A stretch of DNA of 64,000 nucleotides from the human T2T-CHM13v2.0 reference genome, Homo sapiens: NCBI RefSeq assembly GCF_009914755.1, contig NC_060930.1; one strand, written 5' to 3'. Shown piece after piece: positions 54,301 through 64,000 of the stretch. Under the pieces are notes generated by a model. The model was not told where the DNA came from and made no database searches. It worked only from the letters and a program-made list of their open reading frames with translations. Numbering within the stretch: the stretch's first letter is position 1; every line of letters starts with the position of its first letter. Both the position numbers and the translations under genes were made by a program.

Positions 54301-57300
54301 AAGCTAGACAGAAGCAATCTCAGAAACTCCTTTGTGATGTCTGCATTCAACTCACCGAGTGGAACATTCCTCTTGAGAGAGCAGTTTGGAAACACTCTTT
54401 CTGTAGAATCAGCTTGTTTGTATTTGGACCTCCTTGAGGCCTTCGTTGGAAACGGGTTTTCATCTTATAAACCCAGACAGAAGAATTCTCAGAGTCTTCT
54501 TTGTGATGTGTGCTTTCAACTCACCGAGATAAAGATTTCTCTTGATAGAGCAATTTGGAAACACTCTTTTTGTAGAATTTGCAAGGGTACATTGAGAGCG
54601 CTTTCAGGCCTATGGTAGAAAAGGGAATATCTTTCCATAAAAGGTAGACAGAAGCAATCTCAGAAACTACTTTGTGATGTGTGTATTCAACTCACCGAGT
54701 GCAACGTTCCTCTTGACCGAGCAGTTTGGAAACATTGTTTCTGTAGAATCTGCAAGTGGATATTTGGACCTCTTTGAGGCCTTCGTTGGAAACGGGATTT
54801 CTTCCTATAAACCCAGACAGAAGAATTCTCAGAGACTTCTTTGTGATGTGTGAATTCAACTCACAGTGTGGATCCTTCCTTTTGATAGAGCAGTTTTGAA
54901 ACCCTGTTTTTGTAGTATTTCCAAGCGGATATTTGGAACGCCTTGAAGCGTATGGTAGAAAAGGAAATATCTTCCCATAAAACCTAGACAGAACCAATCT
55001 CAGAAACGACTTTGTGATGTCTGCATTCAAGTCACAGAGTTGAACATTTCTCTTGATAGAGCAGTTTTGAAACCCTCTTTCTGAAGGATCTGCAAGTGGA
55101 TATTTGGAACTCCTTTGGGTCTTCGTTGGAAACGGGATTTCTTCGTATAAATCTAGACAGAAGAATTCTCCGAAACTTCTTTGGTTGTGTGCATTCAAGT
55201 CACAGAGTGGAACCTTCCTTTGGATAGAGCAGTTTGAAACGCTGTGGTTGTAGTATTTCCAAGCGGATATTAGAGCGCCTTGAGGCCTATGGTAGAAAAG
55301 GAAATATCTTCCCATAAAACCTAGACGGAAGCAATCTCAGAAACTACTGTGTGATGGCTGCATTCCACACACACGGTGGAACATTTCTCTTGATAGAGCA
55401 GTTTTGAAACACTCTTTCTGTAGAATCTGCAAGTGGATAATTGGACCGCCTTGAGGCCTTCGTTGGAAACGGGATTTCTTCATGTTACTCTAGATAGAAG
55501 AATTCTCAAACACTGCTATGTGATGTTTGCATTCAAGTCACAGAGTGCAACATTCCTCTTGGTAGAGCAGTTGGGAAACACTCCTTTTGTAGAATCTGCA
55601 ATGGGATATTTGGACTTCTTTGAGGCCTTCGTTGGAAACGGGATTTCTTCGTATGAATCTAGACAGAAGAATTCTCAGAAACTTCCTTGTGATGTGTGCA
55701 TTCAACTCAGCGAGTGGCACCTTCCTTTGGATACAGCAGTTTTGAAACACTGTTTTTGTAGTATTTCCAAGCGGATATTTAGAGCGCCTTGAAGCCTATG
55801 CTAGAAATGGAAATATCTCCCCATAAAACCAAGACAGAAGCAATCTCAGAAACTAATGTGTGATGGCTGCATTCCACACACACGGTGGACCATTTCTCTT
55901 GATAGAGCAGTTTTGAAACACTCTTTCTGTAGAATCTGCAAGTGGATAATTGGACCTCCTAGAGGCCTTCGTTGGAAACGGGATTTCTTCATCTAAACCT
56001 ACAGAGAAGAATTCTCAGTAACTTCTTCGGATGTGTGCATTCGACTCACAGAATGGAACATTCCCTTTGATAGAGCAGTTTTGAGACACCGTTTTTGTAG
56101 AATTCCCAAGTGGATATTTAGAGCACTTTGAAGTCTCTGCTAGAAAAGGAAACATCTTCATGTAAAAAGTAGATAGAATCGTTCTCAGAAAGTGCTTAGT
56201 GACGTGTGCGTTCAACTCACAGAGTTTAACGTTTCTTTTGATAGAGCGTTTCTGAAACACCCTTCTTGTAGTAGCTGCAAGTGGATATTTGGACCTATTG
56301 GAGGCCTTCTTTGGAAATGGGATTTCTTCATGTAACTCTAGATTGAAGAATTCTCAGAAACTCCTTTGTGATGTGTGCATTCAATTCAAAGAGTGAAACC
56401 TCCCTTTTCACAGAGCAGTTTTGAAACACTGTTTTTGTAGGATTTCCAAGGGGATATTTATAGCGCATTGAGCCTACGGCGGAAAAAGAAACATCTTCCT
56501 ATAAAAACTAGACAGAATACTTCTCAGAATCTGCTTTGCGATGTGTGCGTTCAACTCACAGAGTAAAACTTTTCTTTTGATAGAGCAGTTTTGAAACACT
56601 CTTTTTGTAGTATTTGCATGTGTATATTTAGAGCGCATTGAAGCCCACAGTAGAAAAGGAAATAACTTCACCTAAAACCTAGACAGAAGCAATCTCAGAA
56701 ACTACTTTGTGATGTGTACATTCAACTCACAGAGTGGAACTTTCCTCTTTATAGAGCAGTGTTGAAACACTCTTTTTGTAGAAACTGCAAGTGGATATTT
56801 GGACCTCTTTGAGGCCTTCGTTGGAAACGGGATTTCTTCCTATAACCCTAGACAGAAGAATTTTCAGAAACCTCATTGTGATGTGTGCGTTCATCTCACA
56901 GAGTGGAGTCTTCCGTTTGATAGAGAAGTTTTGAAACCCTGTTCTTGTAGGATTTCCAAGTGGATATTTAGACCACTTTGAAGCCTATGATAGAAAAGGA
57001 AACATCTTCATGGAAAACATAGATAGAATCATCCTCAGAAACAACTTTGTGATGTGTGCGTTGAACTCACCGTCTTTAACCTTTCTTTTGGTAGAGAAGT
57101 TTTGAAACACTCTCTTTGTAAAGTCTACAAGTGGATATTTTGAGCCCTTGGAGGCATTCTTTGGAAAAGGGAATGTCTTCACATAAAAGGCAGACAGAAG
57201 TGTTCTCAGAAACTGCTTTGTGATGTCTGTGTTCAACTCACAGAGTTTAACATTTCCTTTGATAGAGCGGTTTAGTAACCCTCTCTTTGTAGAATTTGGA

Positions 57301-60300
57301 AGTGTATACTAAGAGCGTTTTGAGGCCTATGGTAGAAAAGGAAATATCTTTCCATAAAAGCTAGACAGAAGCAATCTCAGAAACTCCTTTGTGATGTCTG
57401 CATTCAACTCACCGAGTGGAACATTCCTCTTGAGAGAGCAGTTTGGAAACACTCTTTCTGTAGAATCAGCTTGTTTGTATTTGGACCTCCTTGAGGCCTT
57501 CGTTGGAAACGTGTTTTCATCTTATAAACCCAGACAGAAGAATTCTCAGAGTCTTCTTTGTGATGTGTGCTTTCAACTCACCGAGATAAAGATTTCTCTT
57601 GATAGAGCAATTTGGAAACACTCTTTTTGTAGAATTTGCAAGGGTACATTGAGAGCGCTTTCAGGCCTATGGTAGAAAAGGGAATATCTTTCCATAAAAG
57701 GTAGACAGAAGCAATCTCAGAAACTACTTTGTGATGTGTGTATTCAACTCACCGAGTGCAACGTTCCTCTTGACCGAGCAGTTTGGAAACATTGTTTCTG
57801 TAGAATCTGCAAGTGGATATTTGGACCTCTTTGAGGCCTTCGTTGGAAACGGGATTTCTTCCTATAAACCCAGACAGAAGAATTCTCAGAGACTTCTTTG
57901 TGATGTGTGAATTCAACTCACAGTGTGGATCCTTCCTTTTGATAGAGCAGTTTTGAAACCCTGTTTTTGTAGTATTTCCAAGCGGATATTTGGAACGCCT
58001 TGAAGCGTATGGTAGAAAAGGAAATATCTTCCCATAAAACCTAGACAGAACCAATCTCAGAAACGACTTTGTGATGTCTGCATTCAAGTCACAGAGTTGA
58101 ACATTTCTCTTGATAGAGCAGTTTTGAAACCCTCTTTCTGAAGGATCTGCAAGTGGATATTTGGAACTCCTTTGGGTCTTCGTTGGAAACGGGATTTCTT
58201 CGTATAAATCTAGACAGAAGAATTCTCCGAAACTTCTTTGGTTGTGTGCATTCAAGTCACAGAGTGGAACCTTCCTTTGGATAGAGCAGTTTGAAACGCT
58301 GTGGTTGTAGTATTTCCAAGCGGATATTAGAGCGCCTTGAGGCCTATGGTAGAAAAGGAAATATCTTCCCATAAAACCTAGACGGAAGCAATCTCAGAAA
58401 CTACTGTGTGATGGCTGCATTCCACACACACGGTGGAACATTTCTCTTGATAGAGCAGTTTTGAAACACTCTTTCTGTAGAATCTGCAAGTGGATAATTG
58501 GACCGCCTTGAGGCCTTCGTTGGAAACGGGATTTCTTCATGTTACTCTAGATAGAAGAATTCTCAAACACTGCTATGTGATGTTTGCATTCAAGTCACAG
58601 AGTGCAACATTCCTCTTGGTAGAGCAGTTGGGAAACACTCCTTTTGTAGAATCTGCAATGGGATATTTGGACTTCTTTGAGGCCTTCGTTGGAAACGGGA
58701 TTTCTTCGTATGAATCTAGACAGAAGAATTCTCAGAAACTTCCTTGTGATGTGTGCATTCAACTCAGCGAGTGGCACCTTCCTTTGGATACAGCAGTTTT
58801 GAAACACTGTTTTTGTAGTATTTCCAAGCGGATATTTAGAGCGCCTTGAAGCCTATGCTAGAAATGGAAATAGCTCCCCATAAAACCAAGACAGAAGCAA
58901 TCTCAGAAACTAATGTGTGATGGCTGCATTCCACACACACGGTGGACCATTTCTCTTGATAGAGCAGTTTTGAAACACTCTTTCTGTAGAATCTGCAAGT
59001 GGATAATTGGACCTCCTAGAGGCCTTCGTTGGAAACGGGATTTCTTCATCTAAACCTACAGAGAAGAATTCTCAGTAACTTCTTCGGATGTGTGCATTCG
59101 ACTCACAGAATGGAACATTCCCTTTGATAGAGCAGTTTTGAGACACCGTTTTTGTAGAATTCCCAAGTGGATATTTAGAGCACTTTGAAGTCTCTGCTAG
59201 AAAAGGAAACATCTTCATGTAAAAAGTAGATAGAATCGTTCTCAGAAAGTGCTTAGTGACGTGTGCGTTCAACTCACAGAGTTTAACGTTTCTTTTGATA
59301 GAGCGTTTCTGAAACACCCTTCTTGTAGTAGCTGCAAGTGGATATTTGGACCTATTGGAGGCCTTCTTTGGAAACGGGATTTCTTCATGTAACTCTAGAT
59401 TGAAGAATTCTCAGAAACTCCTTTGTGATGTGTGCATTCAATTCAAAGAGTGAAACCTCCCTTTTCACAGAGCAGTTTTGAAACACTGTTTTTGTAGGAT
59501 TTCCAAGGGGATATTTATAGCGCATTGAGCCTACGGCGGAAAAAGAAACATCTTCCTATAAAAACTAGACAGAATACTTCTCAGAATCTGCTTTGCGATG
59601 TGTGCGTTCAACTCACAGAGTAAAACTTTTCTTTTGATAGAGCAGTTTTGAAACACTCTTTTTGTAGTATTTGCATGTGTATATTTAGAGCGCATTGAAG
59701 CCCACAGTAGAAAAGGAAATAACTTCACCTAAAACCTAGACAGAAGCAATCTCAGAAACTACTTTGTGATGTGTACATTCAACTCACAGAGTGGAACTTT
59801 CCTCTTTATAGAGCAGTGTTGAAACACTCTTTTTGTAGAAACTGCAAGTGGATATTTGGACCTCTTTGAGGCCTTCGTTGGAAACGGGATTTCTTCCTAT
59901 AACCCTAGACAGAAGAATTTTCAGAAACCTCATTGTGATGTGTGCGTTCATCTCACAGAGTGGAGTCTTCCGTTTGATAGAGAAGTTTTGCAACCCTGTT
60001 CTTGTAGGATTTCCAAGTGGATATTTAGACCACTTTGAAGCCTATGATAGAAAAGGAAACATCTTCATGGAAAACATAGATAGAATCATCCTCAGAAACA
60101 ACTTTGTGATGTGTGCGTTGAACTCACAGTCTTTAACCTTTCTTTTGGTAGAGAAGTTTTGAAACACTCTCTTTGTAAAGTCTACAAGTGGATATTTTGA
60201 GCCCTTGGAGGCATTCTTTGGAAAAGGGAATGTCTTCACATAAAAGGCAGACGGAAGTGTTCTCAGAAACTGCTTTGTGATGTCTGTGTTCAACTCACAG

Positions 60301-63300
60301 AGTTTAACATTTCCTTTGATAGAGCGGTTTAGTAACCCTCTCTTTGTAGAATTTGGAAGTGTATACTAAGAGCGCTTTGAGGCCTATGGTAGAAAAGGAA
60401 ATATCTTTCCATAAAAGCTAGACAGAAGCAATCTCAGAAACTCCTTTGTGATGTCTGCATTCAACTCACCGAGTGGAACATTCCTCTTGATAGAGCAGTT
60501 TGGAAACACTCTTTCTGTAGAATCAGCTTGTTTGTATTTGGACCTCCTTGAGGCCTTCGTTGGAAACAGGTTTTCATCTTATAAACCCAGACAGAAGAAT
60601 TCTCAGAGTCTTCTTTGTGATGTGTGCTTTCAACTCACCGAGATAAAGATTTCTCTTGATAGAGCAATTTGGAAACACTCTTTTTGTAGAATTTGCAAGG
60701 GTACATTGAGAGCGCTTTCAGGCCTATGGTAGAAAAGGGAATATCTTTCCATAAAAGGTAGACAGAAGCAATCTCAGAAACTACTTTGTGATGTGTGCAT
60801 TCAACTCACCGAGTGCAACTTTCCTCTTGACCGAGCAGTTTGGAAACATTGTTTCTGTAGAATCTGCAAGTGGATATTTGGACCTCTTTGAGGCCTTCGT
60901 TGGAAACGGGATTTCTTCCTATAAACCCAGACAGAAGAATTCTCAGAGACTTCTTTGTGATGTGTGAATTCAACTCACAGTGTGGATCCTTCCTTTTGAT
61001 AGAGCAGTTTTGAAACCCTGTTTTTGTAGTATTTCCAAGCGGATATTTGGAACGCCTTGAAGCGTATGGTAGAAAAGGAAATATCTTCCCATAAAACCTA
61101 GACAGAACCAATCTCAGAAACGACTTTGTGATGTCTGCATTCAAGTCACAGAGTTGAACATTTCTCTTGATAGAGCAGTTTTGAAACCCTCTTTCTGAAG
61201 GATCTGCAAGTGGATATTTGGAACTCCTTTGGGTCTTCGTTGGAAACGGGATTTCTTCGTATAAATCTAGACAGAAGAATTCTCCGAAACTTCTTTGGTT
61301 GTGTGCATTCAAGTCACAGAGTGGAACCTTCCTTTGGATAGAGCAGTTTGAAACGCTGTGGTTGTAGTATTTCCAAGCGGATATTAGAGCGCCTTGAGGC
61401 CTATGGTAGAAAAGGAAATATCTTCCCATAAAACCTAGACGGAAGCAATCTCAGAAACTACTGTGTGATGGCTGCATTCCACACACACGGTGGAACATTT
61501 CTCTTGATAGAGCAGTTTTGAAACACTCTTTCTGTAGAATCTGCAAGTGGATAATTGGACCGCCTTGAGGCCTTCGTTGGAAACGGGATTTCTTCATGTT
61601 ACTCTAGATAGAAGAATTCTCAAACACTGCTATGTGATGTTTGCATTCAAGTCACAGAGTGCAACATTCCTCTTGGTAGAGCAGTTGGGAAACACTCCTT
61701 TTGTAGAATCTGCAATGGGATATTTGGACTTCTTTGAGGCCTTCGTTGGAAACGGGATTTCTTCGTATGAATCTAGACAGAAGAATTCTCAGAAACTTCC
61801 TTGTGATGTGTGCATTCAACTCAGCGAGTGGCACCTTCCTTTGGATACAGCAGTTTTGAAACACTGTTTTTGTAGTATTTCCAAGCGGATATTTAGAGCG
61901 CCTTGAAGCCTATGCTAGAAATGGAAATAGCTCCCCATAAAACCAAGACAGAAGCAATCTCAGAAACTAATGTGTGATGGCTGCATTCCACACACACGGT
62001 GGACCATTTCTCTTGATAGAGCAGTTTTGAAACACTCTTTCTGTAGAATCTGCAAGTGGATAATTGGACCTCCTAGAGGCCTTCGTTGGAAATGGGATTT
62101 CTTCATCTAAACCTACAGAGAAGAATTCTCAGTAACTTCTTCGGATGTGTGCATTCGACTCACAGAATGGAACATTCCCTTTGATAGAGCAGTTTTGAGA
62201 CACCGTTTTTGTAGAATTCCCAAGTGGATATTTAGAGCACTTTGAAGTCTCTGCTAGAAAAGGAAACATCTTCATGTAAAAAGTAGATAGAATCGTTCTC
62301 AGAAAGTGCTTAGTGACGTGTGCGTTCAACTCACAGAGTTTAACGTTTCTTTTGATAGAGCGTTTCTGAAACACCCTTCTTGTAGTAGCTGCAAGTGGAT
62401 ATTTGGACCTATTGGAGGCCTTCTTTGGAAACGGGATTTCTTCATGTAACTCTAGATTGAAGAATTCTCAGAAACTCCTTTGTGATGTGTGCATTCAATT
62501 CAAAGAGTGAAACCTCCCTTTTCACAGAGCAGTTTTGAAACACTGTTTTTGTAGGATTTCCAAGGGGATATTTATAGCGCATTGAGCCTACGGCGGAAAA
62601 AGAAACATCTTCCTATAAAAACTAGACAGAATACTTCTCAGAATCTGCTTTGCGATGTGTGCGTTCAACTCACAGAGTAAAACTTTTCTTTTGATAGAGC
62701 AGTTTTGAAACACTCTTTTTGAAGTATTTGCATGTGTATATTTAGAGCGCATTGAAGCCCACAGTAGAAAAGGAAATAACTTCACCTAAAACCTAGACAG
62801 AAGCAATCTCAGAAACTACTTTGTGATGTGTACATTCAACTCACAGAGTGGAACTTTCCTCTTTATAGAGCAGTGTTGAAACACTCTTTTTGTAGAAACT
62901 GCAAGTGGATATTTGGACCTCTTTGAGGCCTTCGTTGGAAACGGGATTTCTTCCTATAACCCTAGACAGAAGAATTTTCAGAAACCTCATTGTGATGTGT
63001 GCGTTCATCTCACAGAGTGGAGTCTTCTGTTTGATAGAGAAGTTTTGCAACCCTGTTCTTGTAGGATTTCCAAGTGGATATTTAGACCACTTTGAAGCCT
63101 ATGATAGAAAAGGAAACATCTTCATGGAAAACATAGATAGAATCATCCTCAGAAACAACTTTGTGATGTGTGCGTTGAACTCACAGTCTTTAACCTTTCT
63201 TTTGGTAGAGAAGTTTTGAAACACTCTCTTTGTAAAGTCTACAAGTGGATATTTTGAGCCCTTGGAGGCATTCTTTGGAAAAGGGAATGTCTTCACATAA

Positions 63301-63504
63301 AAGGCAGACGGAAGTGTTCTCAGAAACTGCTTTGTGATGTCTGTGTTCAACTCACAGAGTTTAACATTTCCTTTGATAGAGCGGTTTAGTAACCCTCTCT
63401 TTGTAGAATTTGGAAGTGTATACTAAGAGCGCTTTGAGGCCTATGGTAGAAAAGGAAATATCTTTCCATAAAAGCTAGACAGAAGCAATCTCAGAAACTC
63501 CTTT
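11536..63504 (+). repeat. Seventeen consecutive full-length 18-mer HOR units (U5-U21)
   Basis: Unit starts at 11536 + n x 3057 up to 60448, with the next at 63505. No net indel in any unit. Confidence 0.96.
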
Positions 63505-64000
63505 GTGATGTCTGCATTCAACTCACCGAGTGGAACATTCCTCTTGATAGAGCAGTTTGGAAACACTCTTTCTGTAGAATCAGCTTGTTTGTATTTGGAC
63601 CTCCTTGAGGCCTTCGTTGGAAACGGGTTTTCATCTTATAAACCCAGACAGAAGAATTCTCAGAGTCTTCTTTGTGATGTGTGCTTTCAACTCACCGAGA
63701 TAAAGATTTCTCTTGATAGAGCAATTTGGAAACACTCTTTTTGTAGAATTTGCAAGGGTACATTGAGAGCGCTTTCAGGCCTATGGTAGAAAAGGGAATA
63801 TCTTTCCATAAAAGGTAGACAGAAGCAATCTCAGAAACTACTTTGTGATGTGTGCATTCAACTCACCGAGTGCAACGTTCCTCTTGACCGAGCAGTTTGG
63901 AAACATTGTTTCTGTAGAATCTGCAAGTGGATATTTGGACCTCTTTGAGGCCTTCGTTGGAAACGGGATTTCTTCCTATAAACCCAGACAGAAGAATTCT
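43016..64000 (+). repeat. 4-HOR (12228 bp offset) segmental duplication: ~43016-51772 repeated at ~55244-64000
   Basis: Private variants of U16 and U17 recur in the same order in U20 and U21 (AAACGTGT, AAACAGGT, CAACTTTCC, CGTTGGAAATGGG, TCTTCTGTTT, CAGACGGAAGTG, CTCACAGTCT). Confidence 0.88.
63505..64000 (+). repeat. Partial HOR unit U22, truncated by the window end
   Basis: Matches the first ~500 bp of the unit, including two intact CENP-B boxes. Confidence 0.93.

Larger units (their letters stand above)
1..64000 (+). repeat. Alpha-satellite higher-order repeat array (18-mer, 3057 bp), most likely human chromosome 6 centromere D6Z1 / S1C6H1L
   Basis: Tandem ~170 bp monomers with typical alphoid motifs (CATTCAACTCACAGAG, TTTGATAGAGCAGTTTTGAAAC, GTGGATATTTGGA) and CTTCGTTGGAAACGGGA boxes. 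The ORF track recurs at 319, 3376, then 11536, 14593 ... 63505 with exact 3057 bp spacing. One GGATCC per unit (855-860). An 18-mer ~3 kb BamHI unit matches D6Z1 as I recall it. The alphoid call is essentially certain; the chromosome call is about 0.85. Confidence 0.97.

Noticed and set aside
1-64000. Transposon insertion (L1/Alu), inversion or a novel gene-based system
   Set aside because: Exact unit spacing leaves no room for inserted sequence, and all boxes are on the same strand. I saw nothing non-alphoid.

Overview
The whole 64 kb window is one uninterrupted, single-orientation array of primate alpha satellite (~170 bp monomers) with canonical CENP-B boxes on the + strand. It is organised as an 18-monomer higher-order repeat (HOR) of exactly 3057 bp with one BamHI site per unit, which best fits the human chromosome 6 centromeric array D6Z1 (S1C6H1L, suprachromosomal family 1). 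That assignment is from recall of HOR size and the BamHI site, not from a search. Counting from position 319 there are 21 complete HOR units (U1-U21) plus partial units at both ends. U2-U4 are 2720 bp 16-mer deletion variants. I see no genes, RNA genes, transposon insertions or inversions, and the ORF track is a by-product of the repeat. I found no new gene-based system. The informative signal is the record of array evolution in single-base variants: a 39 bp homology-bounded 2-monomer deletion, a 2-HOR (6114 bp) super-repeat, a homogenised ~4-HOR block, a 4-HOR (12228 bp) offset duplication, probable conversion patches, one mutation cluster, and loss of CENP-B boxes in the right third. All variant comparisons were made by eye and should be confirmed by alignment.
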